64,000 nucleotides of DNA from the NCBI RefSeq assembly GCF_009914755.1, contig NC_060925.1; one strand, written 5' to 3'. The position numbers and the translations under genes are program-made. This DNA is from the human T2T-CHM13v2.0 reference genome, Homo sapiens. The notes below the pieces were generated by a model. The model worked only from the letters and a program-made list of their open reading frames with translations. It did no database searches and was not told the origin of the DNA. This document shows positions 25,704 to 42,083 of this stretch, piece after piece. Position 1 is the stretch's first letter, and the number at the start of each line of letters is the position of its first letter.

Positions 25704-27957
25704 TAAGATGAAAGAGAACACTGCTTCGACCCCACCTCATCAGGCACTTCTTATAGCTGAGACAGCTCCTTCCTGTCCAGACACATGTCTCGCTGTGAGA
25801 CGAGATTTGCATTTACAGGAATAGCTTTCTAATCTGCATATTGCTCTCCATCCCTTGGAAACGTTCTCCATCCTCACCTCTGCAGGTCCCGGGTACCATC
25901 TCTCCCCATCTTCTGCCACTCTCTAAATGGTAGCATTCTTCTGAATTCCTAGGCCTCCCTGTCTTGTAAACCCTCCTTCTTCTCAGAAGAAGGGTTATCT
26001 CCTCCCATGGCTTTAAATACCATCAATATGCCACTGCTTCCCACATTTTAATCTCCAGCTCAGACCTATATATCCAGTTGACTTGATACGAGGAGATGCC
26101 TGGAACCCGGCATGTTCAAATGTGCTCCTGATGTCCCCTTTCCCCGTCATGAAGGGCCCCCTCAGTCTGCTGGGTGTGGGAGTTCCCTCTGACGTCCTCG
26201 TCCTCATCACCACATGCAATCTATCACCCAGCTTGCCAGTCCCACCTCCAGAACACATCTCCCCACTTTTCTGGAGCTGGCTCTGTCATCTCCCCCAGGG
26301 CGATGGTGATAGCCACTGACTGTCACTGTCTATTCCCCCAGAATCCCCTTGGGCCCTCCTTCAGGTAGCCAGATAGACATGTAGACCTTATATTTAAAAT
26401 GCAAATCTGACCATGTCGTTTCCCTTCCTAACCCTTTAGACTCTTTCCCATCACATGCAGGGTAAAACATGTTTCCTTGGCAGCTCTGCCCCTCTCCCTC
26501 TGACCTCATCGTCCTCACTGCACTAACTTGCTCTTCTTGAGCCACTGCAGCATTCTCTGTTCCTTGATCAGGCTGAAGTGCTCAGCACTGCTTGCCTCAG
26601 AACCTCTGCACAGACCACTTCCTCTACTGGAAAGATTCTTAGATTCTTTCCTTCCCTCTTGGCCTGGCTGAGGCCTCCTGCAGGGCTCAGTTTAAATATC
26701 TAACCCTGAAGTTGTCCTTTGCCTCTCACACCCAGGTCTCTTGCAGCACGTACTTTTTCTTCCCAGCTCTTAACCACTTGTAATTCCATCATTATTCAGC
26801 GCTCATTTGGGACTGCCCTGCCTATCTTTCCCACCAACCTGAAAGCTCCATGGTCTCAGAGACCCTATGTGCTTTAGTCACCACTTGTTTTATTAACACC
26901 TATCACAGAGCCTGGCAACTCAATAGATGCTCAAAAATACCCGTCAGTGCAGCATTGAGGTTGCATTCCCCATTACAGCAGTGAGGTTAAGAGCTGGTGT
27001 GCTAAGGTCTGACAGTTAGAATCCCATCTGTGCCACTTAGAAGCTGTGTGATTTTGGACAAATCACTTAGCATCCCTGAGCCTCTGTTCCCCACCTTATA
27101 AGATTATTAGTAAGGTTAAATGAGAATGTATATAAAATACTTAATGCAGTGACTGGCATAGGATATGCCTTCAATGAATGACAACACTTATTTAAATATT
27201 TATAATTAGGCTGAGTGCCTTGGCTCACAGCTGTAATCCCAGCACTCTGGGAGGCCAAGGCAGGAGGACTGCTTGAGCCCAGGAGTTCGAAACCAGCCTG
27301 GGCAATGTAGTGAGACCCTGTCTCTAATTAAAAAATATATATATTTAAAAAAAAATTATAATCAAAGCTCAATCACAGGTCCCCAAAGTGCTAAAGTGCT
27401 AACACTGCTTCTTCCTCTCACCTCACGTGGTGAGGCAGGGAACAAAAACACAGGTCCACATCCACTCAGATTCGGGGTAGGCCACATCTGCCCCTGGGAA
27501 GCAAGCTGTGGTGGCAGCAAGCCCAGCTCTGGAGCTTGACCTTTGTGTCCCATTCTGCTACTGGTTGGCTGTGTCACCACAGACAGGTGGACCTCACTGA
27601 ACTCAATTTTGTCCTCCATAAAATGTAGCCAGTAAATATTTCATAGCATAGTCATTGGGATTAAATGAAATAATGCTTATAAATATCTAGTGCTGAAAAG
27701 TTGCTAAATTAAAATTAGACTCTTATTACAAAATCAGGATGGCTAAAAATGACTCTTATGCCTCTCACCATGTTTCAAAACTGGCTCTCTCTTCTCTTGT
27801 TTATTCGTGGAGAGTCAGACTTGAGTTCGAAAGTTCGTTCTGCCACCTATTTTCTGCGTAGCCCTTCTGAGCATCAGTTTCCTTCTCTGTAGATTGGAGC
27901 TAATACCCATCTGAATGGGTTATTGGCAAGGACTGAATAAAAGGGTGAATCCAAAGT

Positions 27958-28171
27958 AGGGGTTGGCAAACTACGGATGGAAGGCCAAATCCAGTCCACC
28001 ACCTAATTTTATGAAGTTTTATTGACTCACAGCCACATTCATTCAATTATGCTTTGGCTGTGGCTGTTCTGGTGCTACAAAGGCAGTTGAGAAGTTGTGA
28101 CAGAGACTGTGTGGCTCGCAAAACCTAAAATATTTATTCTGGTTCTTTATAGAAAAAGTATGCTAACACCC
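27958..28171. mobile_element. MER58A-like hAT element
   Basis: AGGGGTTGGCAAACTACGG...AAAAGTATGCTAACACCC. Confidence 0.65.
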
Positions 28172-28456
28172 GATGTAAACCATCTAATTCAGGGCCTGCT
28201 TGTGGTAGGTGCTGAATGAACACAGTTGCTGTCGTCATCATCATCATCATCATTTGTTCATATCATTAATGCAGCAATCAGGTGCCCACAGGTTCTAGAG
28301 TAAAGGGGATGAAGAGGAGGCCCCAAGAGGAGCAGGGCTGAGCCCGCACACCCTGCACACCCAGTGCAGGGCCGTGCACAGAGTAGGCCTTTGGAGTGGG
28401 GTGATCTCTGTCCAAAAGATCCTTGGTCTGGTGGACTTTCTAATACACCAGCAGTG

Positions 28457-29478
28457 CTTTTGTTATTTATTAAGCTGACAAATAAAAATTGTATATATTT
28501 ATGGTGTACAACATGATGTTTTGATATATGTATACGTTGTGGAATGGTTAACAAGCTAATTAGGCATTAACTCACATACTTACCTTTTTTTGTGGTGAGA
28601 ACCCCTAAGGTCTATTCTTTAGCAATTTCCAAGTGTACCATATATTGTTATTAACTATAGTCACCATGATGTACATTAGATCTCTTGAACTTAATTCTCC
28701 TGACTAAAACTTTGTATCCTTTGACCAACTTCTTCCCACTGCCCCCTCGCCATTGACCCGAGCCCTTGGCAACCACCATTCTATGCTGCTTCTCTGAGTT
28801 TGACATTTTTAGATTCCACATATAAGTGAGATCATGCATGTTTGTCTTTCTGTGCCTGGCTTATTTCACTTAACATGATGTCCTTCAGGCTCATCCATGT
28901 TGCTGCAAATGACAGGATTTCCTGCATTTTTAAGGTTGAATAATATTCCATTGTGTATGTGGACCACATTTTCTTTATCTGTTCATCTGTGATGGACACT
29001 TAGGTGGCTTGCGTATCTTGGCGATTGTGGATAATGCTGCACTGAACATGGGAGTGCAGATATCTCTTTTACATATTGACTTCCTTTCCTTTGGATGTAT
29101 ACCCAGTATTGGATTGCTGGATCATATGGTAGTTGGTAGTTCTATTTTTTGAGATGGAGTCTGGCTCTGTCACCCAGGCTAGAGTGCAGTGATGTGATCT
29201 CGGCTCACTCCAGCCTCCGCCTCCTGGGTTCAAGTGAGTCTCCTGCCTCAGCCTCCTGAGTAGCTGGAACTACAGGCATGTACTACCAAGCCTGGCTAAT
29301 TTTTGTATTTTTGGTAGAGATGGGGTTTTGCCATGTTTCCCAGGCTGGTCTCAAGCTCCTGGCCTCAAGTGATCTGCCCACCTCAGCCTCCCAAAGTGTT
29401 GGGGTTACAGGCGTGAGCCACTGCGCCCTGTCCTATTTTCAGTTTTTTTTTGAGGAACCTCCATACTGTTTTCCAAGT
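28457..29478 (-). mobile_element. L1MA-type 3' end, interrupted by an antisense Alu (about 29143-29430)
   Basis: AGATTCCACATATAAGTGAGATCATGC, ATTCCATTGTGTAT, GCTGGATCATATGGTAG. Confidence 0.85.
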
Positions 29479-29528
29479 AATATTTAAACATTTAAATTTG
29501 CCAGGAAAATGTGTCAGAAGCCTGTTGT

Positions 29529-29758
29529 CAGGGCTACCATGAGTCCATATAATGCCTTTGTGTAAATTAGAAAATGTACCCTTTCCTTAAGACAATTAAT
29601 TGTTATAATAAATATACTGATTTTCTTAGAATGAGATGCTTTACTGCCAGGAAGTTTTAATAAATATACAAATCTACTCTGTATTCATTCTGAATGGGAA
29701 CTCCCCACCCCCAGGATTGTTCAGTGTACCACCCGCATGGCTGTACATGGCAGCCCTG
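29529..29758. mobile_element. MER91-like MITE
   Basis: Terminal inverted repeats CAGGGCTACCATG ... CATGGCAGCCCTG. Confidence 0.55.
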
Positions 29759-29941
29759 CTTATCAAAGAATGGTGAATCCATGTAAGTCCTGATATCTAT
29801 GTATCTGTTGTCTTAGAGCAAGGCCCACTGTTATGGGCCTCCCTATGCATAGCTATGACTTTGCCCTCATCTGTGCTTCCTTGGGCTCCGTGGGCTAGCA
29901 GGCCCTGGTGCCTCCTTACAACCACCTTTGGGGCCCCATAG

Positions 29942-30114
29942 GCAGAGATGGAGTTGGTCCAGCATATTGGAATCCCTGCCAGTAAGATCATCTGCGCCAA
30001 CCCCTGTAAGCAAATTGCACAGATCAAATATGCTGCCAAGCATGGGATCCAGCTGCTGAGCTTTGACAATGAGATGGAGCTGGCAAAGGTGGTAAAGAGC
30101 CACCCCAGTGCCAA
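29942..30114 (+). CDS. AZIN2: AZIN2 coding exon 3 (AEMELVQHIG...ANPCKQ...FDNEMEL...HPSA)
   Basis: ODC-like ANPCKQ and FD.E.EL motifs; TAG| and |GTAAGC; 173 nt. Confidence 0.96.
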
Positions 30115-30133
30115 GTAAGCTGAGAACCACTCA

Positions 30134-30212
30134 TGGGGAGGCTGGGCTGTGGGGAGCCTGGGCTGTGGGGAGGCTGGGCTGTGGGGAGGCTGGGCTGAGG
30201 GAAGGCTGGGCT
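30134..30212 (+). repeat. 16-bp G-rich minisatellite (TGGGGAGGCTGGGCTG) x about 5
   Basis: Read directly. Confidence 0.9.
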
Positions 30213-31157
30213 TCAGAGTGAAGGGGGGGGTGGGGTGAGGGGGTGGAGCTGGGGCAGGTCACCCTGTCCTGGACCCAGCCACAGTTGCAGGAGGTTGGGG
30301 CAGGTACTCCTGGACTGAACCCAGGATGCTAGGGTCTAGCTAGAACAAAGGCAGAAATAACTGGTTAAAGCCCTAGGCAGAGTGAGACCCATGTGTTATG
30401 GAGGCCAAAGTCACAGGCTTGAGAGAGTCGAGGGAGTGGTCAGGAAGGCTCCACGGAGGAAGTGGCATTTGAAGCAGGCCTTGAGGAATGAATAGAATTT
30501 GGAGGGGGCATAAATAGTGAACTGCGTAAGCAAATGCATTGAGGTTGGAAACAGCATGGGACATTCAAGCGTAAGCAGAAACTTAGTGTGGCTGACGCAT
30601 GCTATGTGTAGGGGGTGAAGGAGATCCTGGTCGGGGGCGGGGAGCCGATGCAAATGGACTTTCGAAGGGGTCAGGGCTGGACGTTTTGCTCTGGCTGTGC
30701 CTTTTACATGATTACTGGACACCCTTGGACTTCCCAGGAGGGGCCTTGGGGTGAAGGGGGTGGCCAGGTGATGGGCCACTCCAGTCCATCCAAAGCAGCT
30801 TCCATCGTATTAATGGGTTCTCCTTAAGGCTTTGTTTAAAAATGGTTCCTCTCATACACGACAAGTTTGAAAGCTCTAACTGGTGTGGAGACTGATTTGG
30901 AGGGACTGGAGCTGCCCCAGGAGAGTTGGTGAGGTCTGGACCAGGGCGCAGGGGCTGCAGGAATGGGTCAGGGACATTTAGAGAATGGATTGGACAGGAC
31001 TTGAAGGTTGATTGGCTGTGTAGGGAGAGGGAGGGGTCAGGGAGCCTGTGGGGTTGGGTGGCTCTGAGCCATGTAGCTCACAGCCCTTGATTGAGAGATG
31101 TGGCTGGGGTGGGGCGACAGGGTTTGTCCAGCAGAGGGGCACTGCGTGTCTCATCAG

Positions 31158-31292
31158 GATGGTTCTGTGCATTGCTACCGATGACTCCCACTCCCTGAGC
31201 TGCCTGAGCCTAAAGTTTGGAGTGTCACTGAAATCCTGCAGACACCTGCTTGAAAATGCGAAGAAGCACCATGTGGAGGTGGTGGGTGTGAG
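31158..31292 (+). CDS. AZIN2: AZIN2 coding exon 4 (MVLCIATDDS...KFG...VVGV)
   Basis: ODC-like IATDDS..C.SLKFG; CAG| and |GTGAGC; 135 nt. Confidence 0.96.
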
Positions 31293-31589
31293 GTGAGCAC
31301 TGGGAACCCCTGCCATCCCCTCCCACACCAGGCTCCCTGCCTCTTTCCCAGGAATTAATTCTATATGAGACCTTCCCCAGGGCCTCTGAGTAGGGCCTGT
31401 CCCTGGGCCTGGAATTCTTCCATTTGAGAATTTCCTCTGTTTGAAAAGGAAGTTTAGAAGGGTCCCTTCCCCAGTCCCAGGGTCCCCAGAAGGTCTTGTC
31501 CCAGGAAGTTCCATCCAGAGACCTGGCTTTGAGGGAGTCTTACCAGCCTGTAGGACAAAGGTTTTGCAGCTACACTCTTGAGGGGCCTC

Positions 31590-31942
<353 letters not shown>

Positions 31943-32423
31943 TAATAATGAACTACCTAATGAACAATGAACTACCTAATATAGGGCTTCATTTATTCTG
32001 TACTTAGGTGTGCCAGGTGCTGTGCTAAGTGCTTCATGCACATTCTCTCAGCCTTGTGTGGTGTGGGTCTTGTCCCCGCATTATAGGTGGGGAAACTAAA
32101 ACAAAGCTGAGTAAGCTGCCAAGGCCACCCTGCTGACTGGGAGGCACAGCCAGATCTGGTTGACTTGGGGGTCCTGGCTCTCATCCCAGAAGGAGGGATG
32201 GGAGGAGCACCAAGTGCCAGGAGCCCTTGGATCAAGCCTCCTGTCCACTTCTCCCTTGCCATATGGCCCTTGGCAACCCATTGAACATTTCAGGACCTTG
32301 GTCACTGCATCTGTAAAATGGGCACAGTGTCTCATGTGCCTGCCCAATGTCATTCTTGGCTGGGGCTCAGGTGGTGGCACTTGGAGCCCTGCATGTCAGC
32401 CGAGGCTCTTCCTCTCTTCCCAG

Positions 32424-32589
32424 TTTTCACATTGGCAGTGGCTGTCCTGACCCTCAGGCCTATGCTCAGTCCATCGCAGACGCCCGGCTCGTGTTTGAAA
32501 TGGGCACCGAGCTGGGTCACAAGATGCACGTTCTGGACCTTGGTGGTGGCTTCCCTGGCACAGAAGGGGCCAAAGTGAGATTTGAAGAG
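32424..32589 (+). CDS. AZIN2: AZIN2 coding exon 5 (FHIGSGC...LDLGGGFPG...FEE)
   Basis: HIGSG and GGGFPG PLP-phosphate loop; 166 nt. Confidence 0.97.
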
Positions 32590-33059
32590 GTAACCCTGGA
32601 GCTGGGAGTGTCGTGCTGGGCTCTATGGCGGGGAGGATAGGGAGGGATTAGATGATCGGAGGGAGACCACCGTGCGTGGGTCCTATGCACTGCATGCAGT
32701 GCTTGGTGCTTACCTGGGTGATCTCACTGCTTATTAACCCTGTGCTACAGCTGAGCAAGCCAAGGCTCACAGAGGTTACATTGCTTCCTGAGCCCAAAGC
32801 AGAACCTGGTTCTGCCTGCCATGCACTTCAGCCAATTGGAGGCATAACCAGGACACATTTACATAAGTCGTAAGGCTCTTTAAGGGGCGGGATAGGCCTC
32901 TTCACCCTAAGGTGGGCTGATGAGATATCGGGTGGGGAGGCAGGGAAACGAAAACCAACCTTTGGTCTGCTGCCTGTCCATTCTCTTCCTCTATTCCCTT
33001 TTCCTTACCCACTGTGAGGTGAAGTTAAGAAAAATGTGTCCTAGCAGTTCCCACTCCAA

Positions 33060-33074
33060 CCACTAGAGGTCGCC
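33060..33074 (+). promoter_or_regulatory. CTCF-like motif
   Basis: CCACTAGAGGTCGCC vs core consensus CCACYAGRKGGCRS (one mismatch). Confidence 0.45.
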
Positions 33075-33506
33075 TCTTCTTGGAAGGCGCCTCCTTCGGG
33101 AATACCGACATGTAGGAATTGACCTTACAGAAATGATTTGGGATAGTCTCAAAGAATTTGCCTCAAAGATGACTGTTCTAGCTTTGTTCCTAACAGAAGT
33201 CCAGTGGACTTCCCTGGTCCATCTAATACTCAGGATTTGTTAAATTATGGTACATCCTTTTGATGAAAACACTTCCTTAATGTGGGGAGGTCGTTCACAG
33301 TCTATTAAGTAAAACAGGTTCCAAAAACATATACAGAGACCTACCATGGTTATAATAAAAAATAGCGTTTGTATAAAAAATAATTAAAGACACTACTCCA
33401 AAAAGTTAACAATAATTAGATTCATCTAGTTGATAGACTTTGGAGTGACTTTTATCTTCTTTTTCCTTTTCTGTATTTTCTGAATTTTCTGTAATCAAGT
33501 ATATTA

Positions 33507-34251
<745 letters not shown>

Positions 34252-34582
34252 TATTTAACAAACTGGTTATTTATGAAAGAAAGATCCACATCAGGGCTTC
34301 TGGAATCTGAGTACCAAGTGTGATATGAAGAGGACTCCTTCCCATTGTGGGGCCATGGAGGAGGGTGATTTACACAAGCACGAGGCTCTCTACCCAGCTC
34401 TGTCCCCCTCCTACCTTCTTGGCCAGCTGTCCACAGTTATCAGCTGGGGCCTTAGCAGCTGCCAAATCCTTCTTCCGGAAATCAAAGCAGCTTTCAAGAA
34501 ATAGACTTGGAGCTGTAGCAAGTCTTCAGCATAAAGCCCACATTTCAAACACATAATTGTCTCCCCATTCTCCTCCTACCAG

Positions 34583-34745
34583 ATTGCTTCCGTGATCAAC
34601 TCAGCCTTGGACCTGTACTTCCCAGAGGGCTGTGGCGTGGACATCTTTGCTGAGCTGGGGCGCTACTACGTGACCTCGGCCTTCACTGTGGCAGTCAGCA
34701 TCATTGCCAAGAAGGAGGTTCTGCTAGACCAGCCTGGCAGGGAGG
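34583..34745 (+). CDS. AZIN2: AZIN2 coding exon 6 ([14 protein letters not shown]...AELGRYYV...)
   Basis: ODC-like E.GRYYV.SAFT; 163 nt. Confidence 0.96.
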
Positions 34746-35942
34746 GTAGGTGCCAGGTGGGCAGTGGAGCCCTGTTCTCCCCTGAAGCTTCAGATAGTGG
34801 TTGGCTGAGCAGGATCTGGTTTTAGACCCAGTGGCAGAGGATGGGGGAATCTGGAGAATGAATGGGTTCTTGCTTTAGGGAAACTTTCAGTCAAGTCGCC
34901 CCACCCCAAGACATTTATTTAGCATCTTTTTTCCTAGGCATGTTCATATTTTGTGAAGATTGAGAGCAAAACAACCTTAGAGAGAATAGATACTCTGTTG
35001 ACCCCATTTTACAGATGAGGAAACCGAGAACCAAAGAGAATACAAGTGAACTGCTTAATAGCTAGTAAGAGCCTGCATTTGACCCCATGTCTGTCTCCTC
35101 TCCAAAATACAGGCTCCTACTCACCCTACTGCTTCTCATAATATAATGAAAATAATTAATGACAGCTTACATTTGTTTGAGTCCACTTTACAGATGACAA
35201 CATAGGCAGGGGGAGGCTGAGTCATTAGCCCAAGGTCACATGGCTGATAAGGGGCAGTGTGGGGATTCAAGTTCAGGTTAGGCTGACTCAGCGCTTCTGG
35301 GCCCACATCACCAACATCAGTGCTCTTCCCTCCCCTTCCAGATAGGTCAGGGATAGCAGCCTGTGAGTGACAGGTGTCAGGGACTCTGATCTTGAGGCTT
35401 GCCCTCTGCTCTGGGACCCTCATGCAGGGGAGCCTCAGGACTGTGCGCTTTTCCCCAGAGAGAATTCATGTGAAGGGTGGTGGGCTCCAGGTAGAATGTC
35501 CTGTGTTCGTGTGTGGCATTCTTCTGGCTTCCTTTATAGACCTGGGGGATTGTCCTGTCTGATCCAATCAAGAGACCTGGCTTCTCATTCTGGCTCATCC
35601 ACTGCCCTATCATGTGCCTCTGAGCAAGTGGCTTAACCTTTTGGGGTCTTGAGTTTGGGTGGGCTGCTCTTCTGCCTTTGCTGGGGCACCTAGGGGCTCA
35701 GATGCAAGCAGGGGAGTGCATCCTGGGCAGGTTGCTTGGCTGCAGGGGTGAGTGTTCCTAACACGGCAGTGAACCCATGTCATTGGAAGGATGGCTGCTG
35801 ATGGCTTTTGTTGTAGGCCTCGCCTCATGGTTGAGGAATGGGTAGCCATTTTGCTTCCTTACTGAGCCCACTGTTGTGTCAGCCCCACTACCACCCCCTC
35901 ACATTGCTACTTGTGCTGCCTCTGAACCCTCCCCTCCTGCAG

Positions 35943-36055
35943 AGGAAAATGGTTCCACCTCCAAGACCATCGTGTACCACCTTGATGAGGGCGTGTATGG
36001 GATCTTCAACTCAGTCCTGTTTGACAACATCTGCCCTACCCCCATCCTGCAGAAG
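35943..36055 (+). CDS. AZIN2: AZIN2 coding exon 7 (ENGSTSKTIVYHLDEGVYGIFN...LQK)
   Basis: ODC-like GVYG.FN; 113 nt; alternative in-frame acceptor 60 nt upstream. Confidence 0.95.
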
Positions 36056-36586
36056 GTGAGCTTACCCCACGTGGGCCTGTTTTCAGTTGTGTGTGTGTAT
36101 TTCAATAACATTTGTTGTGTTTTTATCTAATTTTTAAAAAGTCAAACATATTTATTGTCGATAATAGACAACAAGGATGACGAAGGTTATCACCCATAAT
36201 CCCACCACACTCTTTGAGCATTACATATTTTAAAAAATGCCTTATACTTTTTTCATGACATTGGAATCATATTGTTTTGTAACCTGCTTTTTCCATTTAT
36301 ATGGGGTGTAGCTCTTTCCATGCCATTAACTGATCTTTGACAACATGCTTTTGTATTTTAACCAATCTAACTCTAGTGGTTGGCTATTTGGTTTCCTCTT
36401 TTTGAGCACTGTGAATATATGTTGAGGTTTCAGCTCTGTGGTAAATTCCTGGAAGTAGAAACAGTTCATATACAGTGGGTTTTTCTGTAATAACAGGGGA
36501 ACAGGAATACATAAAACATTCCTCCTAGCCTGTGGAACCCAGCCCAGGGCCTCCAGCAATTTTAATGGGCATCTTTGAGAGGATAA

Positions 36587-39213
<2,627 letters not shown>

Positions 39214-39599
39214 CCCCACCCTCTTTTTAAGTCTGTTTTGTTTGTTTGTTTTCTTTGGTAATTTTAAACTGAGTTGTTTTTCCTGTGGAGTTTCCTGCAT
39301 TCTTGATTTTCCTGATTGGTGAATTTCCTGAATTTCCCTTTGGTGCTTTTGAACATGTTTCTCTGCCTGGTATTTTTTTTTTTTTTTTTGAAATTAGGTA
39401 GATTTAGAGGTTTGAATAGCATCTCAATCAGCTTTGGAATAAAAATACTCCATGGGAGATCTTGTCTTTGTTTTCCTTTTAGAGTAATAAGCATCCTTAT
39501 TATTTAACCTACATTGCCTTCCATGCAAAGTCGTCACTATCTTGACTCATGCATTATCATTCTCTGGCTTTCTTTTTCAGTATAGGTTTATCACATCTA

Positions 39600-40170
39600 A
39601 ATCTATTCCTCGAGTGTATTTATAATTTATTATATTTGTTTTTTTGCTTTATAAAAAGGTATTTTGATGCATGTAACCTGTTTGGGCTTTTTCTCCCTCA
39701 TATCACAGTCTAAGAACCACTCACCCTGCTACATGTCTCTAGAGTCCATTCATTTCATTGCCGTGTAGCGCTCTTTTGGTGAGTATGCTGCAGTTTATTT
39801 GTCCATTCTCCTCTCAAGGCATTTGGACTGTCTTTGGGTTTTTGCTACTGTGAATACTGCTGCTGTCAATTCTTGTTTCCCTCTCTCTGATGAGTGAGCA
39901 AGGAGTGGAATGGCTGGGTATAGGGCATGTGAATGTTTGGCTTCATGAGAAAATGCCAAACAATTTTCTGAAGTGTTGTACTGACAATCCCACCAGCAGT
40001 GTGTAAGAGACTCGGTGGCTCTGCATTTTCTCCAGCATGGAGTATTGCCAGACTGAAAACATTTTCCCAGTGGAATGGATGTAAAATGATATCTCATTGT
40101 GTCTTGATTTGCATTTCCCTCATCACTAGCAAAGCTGGATGTCTCTTTGTATATTTACTGGCCAAATGTG
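39600..40170 (-). mobile_element. Old L1M 3' fragment
   Basis: CATTTGGACTGTCTTTGGGTTTTTGCTACTGTGAATACTGCTGC; TTTGCATTTCCCT; minus-strand ORF MRYHFT... Confidence 0.75.
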
Positions 40171-40269
40171 TTTCCCGGAACTTCTTCCAGGGACTTTGTA
40201 AGTTGGTGTTCCCCTTCATGTCTGAATTTCTCCACCGAGTGGTCTGTACCCACTGCCCCTGCTCACTCA

Positions 40270-41660
40270 GCTCCCTTAGCCCTTCCAACCTCTCCAGTCA
40301 GGTACCTGTTCCATGATGCCATGGAAGATGCTCTTGAAAGTCACTTCCACGCTGCTAGCTCTTCCATATGGCTCTTCTGTCCCAGCAGCTGGTCCTCCTC
40401 TGTTTTCATGCTCACCTCTCCTGGCTTCTGTGGCAACATCCTGGGCCTTGGCTACTCTTCTGCTGTTCTCACCTTGTCTCCTTGGCACTTCTCCTGCTCA
40501 CCCTTTAAGTGCTGACTGTCTCAGGCCTCAGTCCTTGATCTTCTCTGTCTATATGCGCTTCCTAGGTAAATGCTTCCAGACTGAGGCTCTTAGTATCTTC
40601 CATACTATCATCACTCCCAAATTTCTATCTCTATCCTGGATCACACCCCTGAGCTCCAGACTTGCACATCCAACTACCCGCTTGAGATTCCTACTGGGAT
40701 TTCACAGACATCTCAAGTTTAACTTGTTCAGAACTGAACTCTTGATTTCCAACCCCAAACTTCTCTCACTAAATAGCACTGCCACTAGCCAACTGCTGAA
40801 GCTAAAAAAGTTGGCATTATTCTTGATTTTTGCTTTCCCTCTCCTTCCACATGCAGTCCACCTGCAATTCTTGAGTGTAGTTCCAAAATACATTTTGGTT
40901 TCAGTGAATTCTTCCTCTGTCGCCACCCTAATGCAAGCCACCATTGCCTCCTGCTTGAGCTACTGCAGTAGCCATTAACTGGTTTTCCACCCCCATACTA
41001 CTACCTGCTTACCACCCATTTTCCACGCTGCAGACAGAATGATCTTTTAAAATCCCAAAGATTATGCCCCTCCTCTGCTTAACACCATCTGTGGCTTCCC
41101 ATTGCTCTCAGAATAAAACCTAGACTCCTTACCACAACGAGCAAGGCTCCTGCCATCTTCCCAGGCACCTCTGCCCTCACTCCTGTCCCTGTTTTCAGCT
41201 CCACTTACCTGCTCCAGTCCCATTCCTCTCCTTTCTGTTTTTGTAACACCTAAGTTGTTTCTGCTCTCAGGGCCTTTGCATTCGCTCGCCCAGAATGCTC
41301 TTCCACTCACCCCTGAGACAGCTGCTGTATTCTCTTTCTTATGTCTCAGCTCAGATGTCACCTTGTCAGGGAGGCCTTTCCTGACTGCCCTCTCTAAAGT
41401 AGGCTCACCTCCCCTAGTCAGATAATTTTGATACCCTGCTTATTTTCTTCACAACCCATCGTAATCTGTTAATTATCTTGTTTTTGTTTACTTGCCTATA
41501 GTCTGTCTTCTCCATTAGCAGGTAGGCTCTATGAGGGCAGCCACGTTGTCCAGTTAGTTTCCTCTGAGTTCCCAGCACCAGACACAGTGCCTGGCATATA
41601 GTAGGTGCTCACTAAATATCTGTTGAATGAATTGTGAATGGATGAATCAATCATTCAATA
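40270..41660. mobile_element. L2 element
   Basis: Pyrimidine-rich L2 body ending in GTAGGTGCTCACTAAATATCTGTTGAATGAAT. Confidence 0.7.
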
Positions 41661-41732
41661 AACTGTGAGACCCTTGAGGGTCTCACATCTGTTCATATCT
41701 GTTTCCCTAGTACGGAACTTGGCATACAGTAG

Positions 41733-42083
<351 letters not shown>

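Noticed and set aside
31048-31157. Open frame upstream of coding exon 4 suggesting an extended exon
   Set aside because: The nearest upstream AG (31119-31120) adds 37 nt, is out of frame and has no pyrimidine tract
40313-40978. 221-aa ORF in the long intron
   Set aside because: Lies in a pyrimidine-rich degraded L2; low-complexity Leu/Ser composition and no recognisable domain
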